A stretch of DNA of 62,900 nucleotides, the filler included, from Octopus bimaculoides (lineage: Eukaryota), in assembly GCF_001194135.2 (NCBI RefSeq). It is 2 parts of one record of this genome, joined end to end, with 100 filler letters (N's around TTAATTAATTAA, not from the genome) between each part and the next. Parts side by side here need not be neighbours in the genome. Positions count along the whole stretch, not along the records: positions 31,228 to 62,900 come from NC_068984.1; 1 more part is not named here. One strand, written 5' to 3'. The notes beneath the pieces were generated by a model. The model was not told where the DNA came from, did no database searches, and saw nothing but the letters and a program-made list of their open reading frames with translations. This document shows, piece after piece, positions 38,915 through 53,740 of this stretch (position 1 is its first letter; each line of letters starts with the position of its first letter). The translations under genes were made by a program, and so were the position numbers.

Positions 38915-40313
38915 AAGCGACGAAAATATTTTAGCAAATTAAATTTAAGTGTATCTGTTTTTCTGTATGTTTTTAAATGGCTTATAAAGGTCGACTTTGC
39001 CTTTCATCCTTTCGGGGTCGATTAAATAAGTACCAGTTACGCACTGGGGTAGATATAATCGAATTAATCCGTTTGTCTGTCCTTGTTTGTCCCCTCTGTG
39101 TGTAGCCCCTTGTGGGCAGTAAAGAAATAAGAAACGTTAGGACGCCGGGCGAAATGCTTAGATGGTATTTCGTCTGTCGTTACGTTCTGAGTTCAAATTT
39201 CGCCGGGATCGACTTTGTCTTTCATCTATTCGGAGTCGATAAAAAAAGAATGCATCAGTTGAGTACTGTGCTCTATGTGATTAACTTAACTCCCACCCTC
39301 CTCCGCCCAAACTGCTGGCCTTGTGCCAAAATTTGAAACCAATATAATGCTAGATACTATATATACCTTCTATTGCCAGAAGTTTAACTTTTTGGAAGCC
39401 TTTCCCTGTTCACGTTTTTTTTTTCTTTGTATCAATTGAGCTGCTCTGTCATTGAATAATACTATAAATGGTTGAGTATTCCGCAGAAACATATTCTCTT
39501 CATGTAAATCTTAGACAGCAAACAGTCAAATTTCATTAATAATAGAAATCACTACAAGACTTTCTCTATTTCATACCTCTGAAGATGTGAGAGGTATGAA
39601 ATATACAAGTTAAATCTCAAATATATTTTATTATTCAATTTTATTATGAGGCGGTGAGCTGGCAGAATTGTTAGCACGCCGTGCGAAATGCATAGCGTCA
39701 TTACGTCCTGAGTTCAAATCCTGCCGAGTTCGACTCTGCCTTTCATCCCTTTGGGGGTCAAATAAATAGTACCAGTTACACATTCGGGTCGATGTAATCG
39801 ATTATACCCCCTCCTCCCCCAAATTTCAGGTTTTGTGCCTATAGTGGAAAGGATTATTTTAATTTATTCTGCTTTGTTTCTTTTTTTTTTTTTTTCAATT
39901 TTTTCTAACGAGTCTACATTTTCGCGTGGGAACAGAGCAAACCACAATTTGAAAGGAGACTCGTTGTTTTTTCATTTCTTTTTTTATAAAAACAACTGAC
40001 AAAATCAAACAGAGGGAAATTAAACAATATATTGAGGTCGAGTGCTCATAAGGAAACCTAAGAACAAAGTTTTTTTTCTGATAAGGAATCCTCTATTGTT
40101 GGCCCAACCTTCAGCCAGTTTTAACTAGAAACTAAATAACACGTGATAGTAAACTTGTTAGGTGAATAAGTACCGAGTTCAAACTCCGGTGGTCAAAAGG
40201 ATTTACTTCAACATACTTCAAACAAACTATCTTTCAGTTACTTTCCGTTTCCCAATCTCCCAGACCTTTAAAATGACAGTTTAGAAGTGATAACACGTCA
40301 TATACATACATGG

Positions 40314-40403
<90 letters not shown>

Positions 40404-40687
40404 CGTGCACACACCCTTACTTGTACGGAATAAGTCAAGCAGGTTTGAGTATAAGAGTGTCTGTATATTTGTACATACACACATACAAACACAAACATAC
40501 GCATACACACACACACATACACACATATATGTCTCTGTTTAGTTTCTCTTATTCCATTCCGTTGAAGAGCGTAGGCTCGAAACGTAAAAGACTTTCTCAC
40601 TTGCCCGAGCGTCAAACTAATACACCTGCTTGTTGTTCATACACCTGTCTTCTTTTTTTTTTTTTGTATTTCTGTAAATTTCAACTG

Positions 40688-40735
<48 letters not shown>

Positions 40736-41016
40736 CATATATATAATGAAAAAATGTATGGCAAATAAACAAACGACATAACATATACTGAGTGTCCAAC
40801 CGGACAGGAGACAAACACAGAAGGTCCTTATTTCTTCGTCAGTTATCAACCAATTGGTAATGCTCAGTTTCGCACCAATAATAAGACTGAGTGTTTCTCA
40901 TATTAGCGGTGCCCTCAAAAAAATTGTTGCGGAGAATTAAGGGCCGAGAGCGAACAAACCGAACCAAACAATACAGAGAGTGATTTGAGACGGTGGACAA
41001 GCAGGAACAGACGAGC

Positions 41017-41052
<36 letters not shown>

Positions 41053-42509
41053 GTAAGTATGGGATTATAATGCTCTACAGTTAGACAAATGACATTATTA
41101 TATCACATATACTGGCTTCAAGTTTTGGCACTACACCTGCAATTTCGGGGAATGGGACTAGTCGTTAATATCGACCCCAGTGTTTAACTGGTATTTATTT
41201 TATCAATGTCAAGAGGATAAAGGGCAAAGTCGACTTTGGTGGAATTTGAAACCAGAACGTAAAGATCGACGAAATGCCGCTAAGTCCGGTGCAGTAACGA
41301 TTTTACCAGCATTATATCACATATATAAGATAATAATCACTTCACTAGACAGGGCCGTCTTGACAGTACGTGCTGACAGACGAAATACCGCTAAGCATTT
41401 TGCCTGTCGTGCCAACGATTCTGCCGGATCGCTGCCTTATAAATTCTCACATCATATATTCTTTTCTACTCTAGGCAGAAGGCCCGAAATTTTTAGGGAG
41501 GGGGCCAGTGGATTAGGTCGACCCCAGTACGCAACTGGTACTTAATTTATCGACCACGAAAGGATGAAAGGCAAAGTCGACCTCGATGAAATTTGAACTC
41601 AGAACGTAAAAACAAGCGAAATACCGCTAAGCATTTCGCCCAGCTTGCTAATATTTCTGCCAACTAACCGCCTTTCTTACATCATATATTAAGAGCTACA
41701 CTGTATATAAACTATTGTTCTGACATCACTGAATACGCCTTCTCAAAATGTTTTCATGAACCTCGATTTACTAGGACTTTAGTTCAACGTGATGCATATT
41801 TAGGTTATCTGCCATGAAATCATTGTCACTGCATCGTCGTTGTTTCTCTTGTTGTCATTGTTATTGTTGTTGTTGCTTTTTGTTGTTCTTACTGTTATTG
41901 TTGCTATTATTTCACTCATTATTGTTGTTGTTATTTTCGTCGTCGTCAATGTTGTTTTCTAGTCGATTACTGATTAACAAGTTCAAAGAACACGGATGTG
42001 ACAAACTGATTATCAGTAATGTCTGTAGAATGTGGACCAAGTGCCGAGGACTAAGGTTAGCAAAAAGAGTCATTTATCTGGTTTCGATTTCTAATTTAGA
42101 ATGTCGCTTGTTCACTTAAGTCGCAGATTCCTTTTCAGGAAAAGACATGGACACCATATCGAGCCTCAACGATTTGATGGTTTTTCTGTTGATTGATCAT
42201 GCCTTTTTCATCTTTGCTTTGTAAAGGCTGATGGTTTGTGAGTGAATCTGGTATACGGAAACTGTGTGGAAGCCCATCGTATATATGTGTGTGCGTGGGA
42301 TGTGTTTCTGAGTGTTGACAACCAGTGTTGGTTTGTTTACGTCCTCGTAATTTAGCGATTCGGCAAAACAGACCAATAGAATAAGTACAAGATAAAAAAA
42401 TTATTAACGCTGGCGTAGATTTGTTCGACTAAACTCCTCCTCAAGGCGCGATAGGGCCGCAATCCAAATATTGGACAAATAAAAAAAGATAAAAATTATA
42501 TATATATAA

Positions 42510-42838
42510 TCGCGGTTTCGATTCCCAGACCGGGCGTTGTCAGTGTTTATTGAGCCAAAACACCTAAAGCTCCACGAGGCTCCGGCAGGGGTTGGTGGCG
42601 ATCCCTCCCGTACTCTTTCAACACAACTTTCTCTCACTCTATCTTCCTGTTTCTGTTGTACCTGTATTTCAAAGGGCCAGCCTTGTCACACTGTGTCACG
42701 CTGAATCTCCCCCGAGAACTACGTTAAGGGTACATAGATCTGTGGAGTGCTCAGCTACTTGCACGTTAATTTCACGAGCAGACTGTTCCGTTGATCGGAT
42801 CAACTGGAACCCTCGTCGTCGTAACCGACGGAGTGCCA
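42510..42838 (+). mobile_element. SINE family C
   Basis: cgcggtttcgattcccagaccggg ... gtaaccgacggagtgcc; homologous to 36181-36573. Confidence 0.85.
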
Positions 42839-45639
42839 AAAGGAAAAAAAAAACGTATATATATATTATACACGCCGGGCGAAATGCTTAGCAGTATTTC
42901 TTCCGTCTTCATGTTTTCAGTTCAAATTCTCCTGATGTCAACTTTGCCTTCAAGGTCGATAAAATAAGAACCAATTGAACACCGGAGTCGATCTAATCCA
43001 CTTATCCTGCCCCTGAAATTGCTGGCGTGTTGCCAAAATTTGAAATAAATATCATTTAACCCTTTGAATGCAGCGAGCTGACAGAATCATTAGCACTCCA
43101 GGCGAAATGCTTAGCGATATTTCGTCCGTCTTTATGTCCTGAGTTCAAATTTTTCTGAAGTCAACTTTGCCTTTAATCCTTTCGGATTATCCCCTCCCCT
43201 GAAATTACTGGCCTTGAGACAAAATTTGAAACCAATAATATTCATCCTTTGACTATCCTTTAGATAACCAAGGGGAAGACATTTCTTCTAACCTCCCTGT
43301 AGAAGATCGTATCAGATTCAAAGATAACTTGCTAACTACATCCTGAAAAAGATATTATTTTACAAAACACTTGCCTTTGCCGTCAAAAACTGTATGTGTT
43401 TTTGTCTCTTGCTTCGAATATCTTGTGCCATTATTTTGAATCCAGATCTGTTTTTGTTACATAAGAAGCGATTTAAGGAAGATTTGGTTGCTATTTTAAG
43501 GGACTGTCATGGTAGTGTGGTTAAGAAATTCGTTTTGTAACCACCTAGTTTCGAGTTCAGTCCCACTACACAACACATTGGACAAATGTCATTTACTATA
43601 TCCCCGGGTTGAAAATGACTTCTGAGTGAATTTGCTTGACGGAAACTGCGTGGAATCCCATCGGATAGTTTTTGACCAGATAAAGGCTCACTTTTAATAT
43701 CTGGAGTAATGGAGATCTGGGATGCATCCAAATGTTCGACTGCAAAGATACCTATCACAAGTCTACTCAAATTAAACTAACGAAAGCTGCACAAGATCAA
43801 AAACAACAACAACAACAGCAACCACAACGATGACGACAGAAAAAGAGCGACAACAAAAGTAACAGTTGCGCATGAATAAATAAATAAATGAATACATAAG
43901 TAAAGCTGCACGCATTAACTAGATATTCATATAAGCAAGGTTAAACGTAGCCCTTCATCAATGACAACGCACGTACATACTAATGTCTGTAAGAGCCTGT
44001 AACTGGTCATTCGATTTGCAAGAAATAGCAGCAAGAGGAGAAATGTCAATGAAATCCGACCGAACCGTCACATACAATGAAGCAAGACACCGAATAATGT
44101 AATAATGTACACACGCACTGGTTGTCTTTCACTTCTTTTATTATTGTTAATCGTGAAACACGCCTGGAGTAGAGTGGGCATGTCATTGATAAGGTCGTGA
44201 ATGGTGATGAAAATACTTTGTTAAATTAGCTGATTGATTAACTGATCAGACAATTAGTCAAACAATCGCTTAGTTAATTGGCTAAGTGGTTAACCAACTG
44301 ACTAATAATAATGGTTTCAATTTTGGTTCAAGGCCAGCAATTTTGAGGAGAGGGGTTAAGCCGATAATACTGACTCCAGTGTTCAATGTGTACTTATTTC
44401 ATCAACCACAGACGATAAGAACGAGAGTCAACCTCGGCGGAATTTGAACTCAGAACCATAAAGAGCTTGATTTTGTCTGACGAACAGACAATTCTACCAG
44501 ATCACCACCTCCAATCGACTTATAAATATCCTTTCTGTTGTAGGTACAAACCCTGAAATTGTAGAAGGAGATAGTCGATGAGATCAACCCCAGTGATTGA
44601 ATGATGCTTATTTCATCGATCCCCGAGTATGAAAGACAAACTCGGCCTCGGTGGAATTTGAACTCAGAACGCAAAGACGGACGATAATGCTGCTAAGCAT
44701 TTTACCCGGCGTACTAACAATTCTGCCAGCTCACCGCCTTCAATCGACTAATAATAATAATAATAATAAAAGAAGTGAAATAGAACCAGTGAGTGTGTTT
44801 ACTGTTGGCATAATGACCCTTCCGAGATACATCAAATTTGTTTCTGAATTGTTTCAAATCACGAGTTCATATAAAGAATCTTTCAGACCATATACAAAAT
44901 CGGTAAATGTATTCTCCTGAATAACAGACAAGAGGGTCATAACTGGAACATATTCGATTATTGGTGTTCGTTTCGTGAAATATAACCTGGTCAGTAAACA
45001 ACTACAACAAGAAAGACTCTACATCATCGCAGACAACAACAAGAAGAAAAGACACGAATCTAACAAATAAAAAAAACAACTTCTGGGTGTGCTCATCTTT
45101 GCTTTGAATTAATTGGGAAGGAAATTAAAAATGATGTACTGACTATGGTATGATAGGTTAAAGTTCCTTTAATGACTTTTAACATATCCATGTGAATTAT
45201 TTGAGGATTTAAAAAAAAAAAAAAAAAAAAAAAACTAATGAAAATTTCAAATGCGAAGGTGAATGACTTTGGGTGGCTGCGACATTAAGATCTCAGAACA
45301 AACCTTGCTTGAGCTGTCAAAAATGTTGGATGTTTGTTAATGACCTCAGAATGACACGCTGAATAAATTGTATGGCTGTTTTAAGACAGAAATTCAGGTA
45401 GAAATTCAGAGATGTGACTACTTGGCTTGGAACGAAAAAGGGCCACTTCAATGCATATCCACGTGCATGAAATTACAGAAATATTCAACTACGTGTATTG
45501 TATAAACATACGGATAGCTCTCTCTCTCTCTCTCTCTCTCTCTCNNNNNNNNNNCTCTCTATCTCTCTTTCTCACTCTCTCTCTCTCTCTCTCTGTGCGT
45601 GTTTGTGTGCGTGTTTGTGTGTATGTGTATGTATATATA

Positions 45640-45990
45640 TATATTTATATATAAGCACACATACACACAAACACATTTACACATACATATATACATACAA
45701 GCACATACATATATATACATATAAATATATGTGTGTGTGTGTGCGTGTGTATATGTGTGTATTTGTGTGCTTCTGTGTATATATATATATATATATATAT
45801 AAGCACACATACATACACACAAACACATTTACACATACATATATACATACAAGCACATACATATATGCATATAAATATGTGTGTGTGTGCGTGTGTATAT
45901 GTATGTATTTGTGTGTTTCTGTGTATGTATATATATATATATAACACACATACATACACACACTCATTTGCACATACATATATACATACA
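45640..45990. repeat. Minisatellite of about 145 bp built from compound microsatellites (about 2.5 units)
   Basis: aagcacacatac..acaaacacatttacacatacatatatacatacaagcacatac recurs at about 45653 and 45801, and more loosely at 45943. Confidence 0.75.
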
Positions 45991-47258
45991 CGCACATACA
46001 TATATACATATAAATAAATGTGTGTGTGCGCGCGCGCGCGCGTGTGTGTGCATGGCTACAGACATCTCAAAACAGAGAAACTGAGCGACCTATAGAGTTA
46101 CAAATTAATGCATATTTTAACTGCAACATTTACTATACACGACTCAAGATACATACATTCATACATACATACATGCTCATACAAATATGTGTGTGTAAAT
46201 ACATATACATGTACATATACATATATGCGTGTGTGTGTGTGTGTGTACATACATATATGACACGCACATTCGCACATATGCATGTATTAATCTATGTGTG
46301 CGCATATACACTCACACACATGCACTTGCCCACTCACGCAAACACGCACACACATACAGAAACAAACTGACATATATATATACAATTTCTTCTTGCTATT
46401 CTATTACAATATTATAATATGTTCATTCTATTTGCTATGAGACATGGGTAGGCATGAAATCGTCTCTAAATTCAATGGCAGGGTCAATTAAATACACCAG
46501 GTTGGGCTGGGAAAGGACGTATGTAGTATAATTACATACATTTCTCAGAGACTGATCATATGTAACTTCAGTAATATGGCTGTATGTCAAGATACGATCA
46601 TTGTAAATTAAGACGTTTGGTTCTGAGGACATTGGGAGTGTTTGTACGACGTCTCAAGGTCCACTAGAAATGGAAACCAGATTTCTTTCATATCAGACCC
46701 CCCCCCCCNNNNNNNNNNNNNNNNNNNNNNNNNNNNNNNNNNNNNNNNNNNNNNNNNNNNNNNNNNNNNNNNNNNNNNNNNNNNNNNNNNNNNNNNNNNN
46801 NNNNNNNNNNNNNNNNNNNNNNNNNNNNNNNNNNNNNNNNNNNNNNNNNNNNNNNNNNNNNNNNNNNNNNNNNNNNNNNNNNNNNNNNNNNNNNNNNNNN
46901 NNNNNNNNNNNNNNNNNNNNNNNNNNNNNNNNNNNNNNNNNNNNNNNNNNNNNNNNNNNNNNNNNNNNNNNNNNNNNNNNNNNNNNNNNNNNNNNNNNNN
47001 NNNNNNNNNNNNNNNNNNNNNNNNNNNNNNNNNNNNNNNNNNNNNNNNNNNNNNNNNNNNNNNNNNNNNNNNNNNNNNNNNNNNNNNNNNNNNNNNNNNN
47101 NNNNNNNNNNNNNNNNNNNNNNNNNNNNNNNNNNNNNNNNNNNNNNNNNNNNNNNNNNNNNNNNNNNNNNNNNNNNNNNNNNNNNNNNNNNNNNNNNNNN
47201 NNNNNNNNNNNNNNNNNTATATATATACATACATATATATATATATATATATATTTAT

Positions 47259-47383
<125 letters not shown>

Positions 47384-47685
47384 GAAAGAGAGAGAAAAAG
47401 AGAGAGAGATGTGTATGTGTGTGTGTGTGTGTGTGTGTGTTTGTATTTGTCCCCCAACACTGCTTCGCAACTGGTGTAGGTTTGTCTACGGACCCATAAC
47501 TTAGCACTTCGGCAAAAGAGTCCAACAGAATAAGTACCAGACTGTAAAAAAACATAAGTACCGATGTCGATATGCTCCACTAAAACCCTTCAAGGCAGGG
47601 CCCCCACTCCCCAGCATACCCGCAGTTCCTTGACTAAAACAAGATAAATGATGAACAACGAAACTGCTTGCGGGTATATTACAAA

Positions 47686-47877
47686 CAGTGCTCCGCAACT
47701 GGTATGCTGCGGCACACTGTTGTTCTACGAGACGATACTAGGTGTGCCGCAGTGTAACTAGAATATAATTTTTTCCTTATACTTTTAGTTAAGTTTTTAG
47801 TTCAGGCGTGCCGCCGAATTTTGAGAAGCATATAAGTGTACTGCGAGTGAAAAAAACAAAAAGGTAGCGGACCACTG
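47686..47877. mobile_element. hAT-type MITE (same family as 10843-11027)
   Basis: TIRs cagtgctccgcaac / gtagcggaccactg. Flanks tattacaa and tattagaa match at 7 of 8 positions. Confidence 0.8.
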
Positions 47878-48058
47878 TATTAGAACACGAATCCTTTGCA
47901 CTTGTGGTCCTACATCGTATCAAGTACGCCACGTTTTTCTCTTTACATATGACACCGGGTCATGAACAAAGTGCACAAAAACCCAACAAATAAAATCTAG
48001 AGGAAAAGAAGAGACATTAACCACTTTTAAGGTGTGTGTATGCATATATATGCGTGTG

Positions 48059-48128
<70 letters not shown>

Positions 48129-48611
48129 CGTACATATATATATATGTACGTATATATATGTATATATGTAAGCTTATCTNNNNNNNNNNNNNNNNNNNNN
48201 NNNNNNNNNNNNNNNNNNNNNNNNNNNNNNNNNNNNNNNNNNNNNNNNNNNNNNNNNNNNNNNNNNNNNNNNNNNNNNNNNNNNNNNNNNNNNNNNNNNN
48301 NNNNNNNNNNNNNNNNNNNNNNNNNNNNNNNNNNNNNNNNNNNNNNNNNNNNNNNNNNNNNNNNNNNNNNNNNNNNNNNNNNNNNNNNNNNNNNNNNNNN
48401 NNNNNNNNNNNNNNNNNNNNNNNNNNNNNNNNNNNNNNNNNNNNNNNNNNNNNNNNNNNNNNNNNNNNNNNNNNNNNNNNNNNNNNNNNTATATATATAT
48501 AATGTATGTATATACATATATACATGCATCTATCTATATATATATGTGTGTGTATATACATATACATACACGCATACATATATACATACATACATATATA
48601 TATATACATAT

Positions 48612-48651
<40 letters not shown>

Positions 48652-48769
48652 ACATATATACATACATATGTGTGTGTGTGTGTGTGTGTGTATGTGTGTG
48701 TACATTATATATATAATTGTAACTTCAAGTACCATGTTTTAGTGAGTAAATTACACGAATGAGTATCAA

Positions 48770-48898
48770 ATAGTGAATAGAGATAAGACGTAAGAGGGCC
48801 AATGTTGTAGAAACCACTTCGATTTTGTTTGTTCACACTCGATTATTATTATTGTTGTTGCTCTGGTTATTTTTGTTGTTGCTCTGGTTATTTGTGTT

Positions 48899-48934
<36 letters not shown>

Positions 48935-49200
48935 ATTACTGCCATCGTCATCGACATTGTAATCATAGTTTCCTTTTTTTTTTTCTTTTCGTTGTCTCTT
49001 ATGATACTGATAATAATGATGATAGCGGTGGTGGTGGTGGTGAGAGATGGTGGCGTGGTGGTGGCGGCGGCGGCGGCGGCGGCGGGGGATGTTCATGACG
49101 ATAATGATGACAATGATAATGATGATAACGATGATAGTGATGATGATGACGACGATGATGATGATGATGATGACAATGATGGTGATGATGATTTGTTAAT
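48770..49200. repeat. Mixed trinucleotide low-complexity tract (GTT)n, (GGT/GGC)n, (GAT)n
   Basis: Directly visible. Confidence 0.9.
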
Positions 49201-49676
49201 ATTTTCGTTAGTAACGTGCTTGAGATTGTGATTGAGTTTCTACTCGTTTGCTGTTTGTTTTAATTACATTTTATGATAATTTTCCTGTTTTCGAAAAAAT
49301 TTTTAATTTTTGATATATCTTTCTTATCCAGCTGTGTCACAGAAACATGACATGATTTTCCAACAATGACGTGGCAATTTGGCGCGCTGGCAGAATCGGT
49401 AAAGAATAAGACATGTTTTATGACATTTCTTCCGAATTGCTACGTGCTCAGTTTCAATTCTACCGAGGTCAACTTTGCCTTTCAACTCTTTATGAAGTCG
49501 ATAAAATAAAATACCAGCCTTGTGCTAGAGTCGATGTTGTTGACTAAACCCCTACCCCCAAAACTGCTAGCCTTCTGCCACAATTAGAAACCATTTAATG
49601 GCAGCACCGTGGCAGAATTATTAGTCACGTCGGTCAAAAAGTTTAGTGGCATTTCTTCCGGCTATTTACATTCTGA

Positions 49677-49723
<47 letters not shown>

Positions 49724-52145
49724 GAGTGAGAGAGCAGTGCATGTCATCAAAGTGACACTGGGGTAAAATATACGAAGCCCAGTATACCCATCATGACTAC
49801 CCGTCTGATAAGGGTTCACTAGGCACATGCATCACAACCATATGTGCGTGACATGGAGATCTCATATCAAGATAAACAGCGCATGACCTCGCAGGTGGGG
49901 CCCAGTTAGAATTTTCTTCAGGTCGAGTAACCCATCCCGCTCAAAAGTTCCCTGAATAAGGTTCGTTTACGGATGTTGAGCAAAACACCCATGTTTCCAT
50001 AGGTGAATTATTCAAACCCCAAAGAATTCCTCTCAAGACATCATCGGTGAATTTGTTTATCCCCCATTTTTTTCATAATATATTATGACAATACCTTCCC
50101 TATTGTACTTAACTCCAAATTAAATGAAATTCCGGCGATAAATCAAATGATTTTCTCTCTCGAGTATGAGAATTCATTTGATTTCTCACCAGAATTTCGT
50201 ATAACGAAAAAATTGCAATGTTCGGAATCAAATGTCTCAATTTGTTAAATACCTAAATAATTATTTTATGACTCTAGGCATGGGCGTGCTGGAAGCACTT
50301 TAGTTTGCAATCATATGATTTCGTGTTCAATCCCAATACATGGTACCATAGGCAACTTACTTCTCCTTTAGCTCTGGGCCGACCAAGTAGCTTGTGAGTC
50401 AATTTTCGGAGTCGATCAGGTAAGAACTAGAGTCGATATAATCAACTAACCCCTCCGCCGAAATCTAACAAAAAAATTTGTGCCAAATGTTATATAGTAA
50501 TCAACGCATGATTTTAAGGAATTAAGGTCATATATATATACATCTGAGAATCAAATAGAAGCAAGCGATTTCTTGTACAAGACAGCATCGTAGGCATGGT
50601 TGTGTGGAAAGAAGTTTGCTTCCCAGCCACATGGTTTTGGGTTCAGTCCCACTGCGTGGCACTTTGGGCAAATGTCTTCTACTGTAGATCTGGGCCGACC
50701 AAAGCCTTGCGAGTAGAGTTGGTAGAGGCAAACTGAAAGAAGCTCGGCGATATATACATGTGTGCGTGTGTGTGTGTATGTGTGTGTGTATGTGTATGTG
50801 TGTGTGTGTGTGTATGTGTGTGTGTGTGTGTGTGTGTGTCATTGTGTTTGTGACACAACATCGCTTGACAACGGGTGTTGGTGTGTTCATATTCGTTCGA
50901 GTAAAATTCTTCAAGGCGGTACCCCAGCATGACCACAGTCTAATGACAGAATGAAAGTAAAGCATAAAATAACTAAAAAAAAAAAAACACAGAAGTTCAT
51001 AGAAAGAAACTACCTGAGTGGAAATAATTCTTACTAGAGCAGACAACAGCAACACGATGACGATTAACAGAAAGACGAATTACTCGGTTACTAACCTTAA
51101 GAGGAGTTAGAAGTAAAAAAAAAGTTCGATAGGACAATGGCCAGCGAAGTATTTACAAAATACCGATAAAAAAAGGCAATGTCCTGTTGAGTTGAGAGGG
51201 ATTGAAGTCTAGTCGAAATAGGGCCGATAGTGTAAGAATTCGCTTTTGATCTTGATCAAAGAATGACAATACAGTAGCAGATCGAAATGTGATAAAAGTA
51301 TTCCATAAAAGGACGATTAATATTTATATGTACGTATGTATGTACGCATGTATGTATGTATGTATGTATGTACGTACAGACTAGGAAGGGTTTAGGCCAC
51401 TGATGATCTAAACTAATAGGTAAGCTGTAAGCCACTAGGATCCAAATTCACAACCGGGGCTGGAGCTGGGGATCCGTAGCCTACTTCCGAGTAAGCCATT
51501 ATTATTTTTTTTTTTTGCTTACTTTTGATATGCTTGTCCTGCCTTGGTATCGATTTCCACTTCCTTTAATTTATGTATGTATGTCTGTACGTTACGTATG
51601 TATGTATTTGTTTATATTTGACTATGTGCAAATACATACAGGCATACAGGCATACATACATATATATATATATATATANNNNNNNNNNNNNNNNNNNNNN
51701 NNNNNNNNNNNNNNNNNNNNNNNNNNNNNNNNNNNNNNNNNNNNNNNNNNNNNNNNNNNNNNNNNNNNNNNNNNNNNNNNNNNNNNNNNNNNNNNNNNNN
51801 NNNNNNNNNNNNNNNNNNNNNNNNNNNNNNNNNNNNNNNNNNNNNNNNNNNNNNNNNNNNNNNNNNNNNNNNNNNNNNNNNNNNNNNNNNNNNNNNNNNN
51901 NNNNNNNNNNNNNNNNNNNNNNNNNNNNNNNNNNNNNNNNNNNNNNNNNNNNNNNNNNNNNNNNNNNNNNNNNNNNNNNNNNNNNNNNNNNNNNNNNNNN
52001 NNNNNNNNNNNNNNNNNNNNNNNNNNNNNNNNNNNNNNNNNNNNNNNNNNNNNNNNNNNNNNNNNNNNNNNNNNNNNNNNNNNNNNNNNNNNNNNNNNNN
52101 NNNNNNNNNNNNNNNNNNNNNNNNNNNNNNNNNNNNNNNNNNNNN

Positions 52146-52177
<32 letters not shown>

Positions 52178-52437
52178 ACCATGATTTGATATTTATTCTT
52201 AATGCATTCCTTGAGATGCAACTCAAATGTGTTAGTTGCTGTTGTGTACGTCCCAGGAGGAATTCTAAGACACTGGTATTTCAACACGTTGTGTCTTCTC
52301 AGCCAGAAGTACCAGGACCTATGAGCCTCAACAAGACCCTGGCTTTGTTTATTATTTCAGCAAATAAACTGGTTTCTGATCTGTGCTTATATCTACCAAT
52401 CGACAGGAAAAAACGACAGCGTTATTTGCAATATGTA

Positions 52438-52569
52438 CAACGAGATCTGAAATGATGATTTGCGTATTTATTTTCAACGTGTTCCGACAGATTCAAACAC
52501 AAACACCCGTTTGAATCTGCCGGAATGTATTAAAAATAAATATGCAAATCATTGTTTCAGATCTCACTG
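52438..52569. mobile_element. Palindromic Tc1/mariner-type MITE (132 bp, TA TSD)
   Basis: ta|caacgagatctgaaatgatgatttgc...gcaaatcattgtttcagatctcactg|ta; arms of about 61 bp and a 10-nt loop. Confidence 0.75.
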
Positions 52570-52954
52570 TACACAGTGCAAATAACGAATACACACACAC
52601 ATACACACACAACCACACACAACACGCACGCACACACACTCACGCACAACACACGCACACACACACGCGCGCACAACACACGCACACACAACACAACACA
52701 AACACAACTATATATATATATATATATTTAGGTCTTAATAGACACAAAATGTGACCTATTTCTAGCACATTAATTGTCCACGTTAGTGGTCAACGTTATT
52801 TTTTTAAAATGTACCTTAATCCCCTGAGATTGCAAATACTATTTCTGAATCTCTTTGATTCTTTAGATGAGCTGGCCTCCTGATAATTAATCGATATTAA
52901 TTAATATATGATTAATTACCAGATTTTATATATATATATATATATATATATACA

Positions 52955-53740
52955 CGCCCTTCGTCCGTTGCTGTCGACAATGACCAAAGGCATCATATGA
53001 TAGACGATAGGGTATAGTGTGTTCGGCAGTGACCGATCAGCTCAATGCGTGCTCGAAAGGCTCCGCTGCAGGTCGGAACTGCTGGTCTGCCGAGACTGAA
53101 GGGAAGGAGTTAGCGCTGAACTTGTAGCGGTTCACGTTTTTTTTTGTGCCTGTGCGGCCCTATCCTGTTTGGAGGACGTGGTACCTCTGCTGGTACAGCT
53201 TCGCCAGACAGGGTAGTATTGCGCCTTTTTCCCCCAGGTGTTGGTGTTGATTTGAAAGCTTTTCAATGAGGATTTGAGTATATCCTTGGAGCACTTTTTC
53301 TTTTTATCTTGCTTGTACTTGCCTTCCACCTGTTCACTGTACACCAGTCTTTTGCGTAGGCATGCGTTGGGCATTCAAACATGGTGGCCTGACTACCTGA
53401 CTATCTGACTTAGGCTCTCCTCAACAGTGTGTAGACGCTTGACATATCAGCTCGAGAGAGAGCCTCTGTGTCTGGGACCTTGTCCTGCCAGGTGATTCTC
53501 AGTAGTTGTCCCATTCAGTTCATGTAGAAGGGATATAGGTTTTTGATGTGGCATTCATAAACCGTCCATGTCTCTCAGGTGTACACTACTGTAGTCAGTA
53601 CAACTGCTCGTTACACCTTTAACTTCGTGGCCAGCCTAATACCTCTCCTCTCTTACATTGATCCACGTAGCCACTCGCATGCTCAGCTTTCCTGGGTAAT
53701 ACGCGTGTCGGCCTCATCGTCAATGTTTATAGATCTGGAT
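52955..53740 (-). mobile_element. RTE-clade LINE 3' remnant
   Basis: The minus strand gives NIDDEADTRI, AVVLTTVVYT*ETWTVY, LLRITWQDKVPDTEAL, SVYTLLRRA and KDILKSSLKSFQINTNTW, typical of the RTE C-terminus. Confidence 0.8.
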
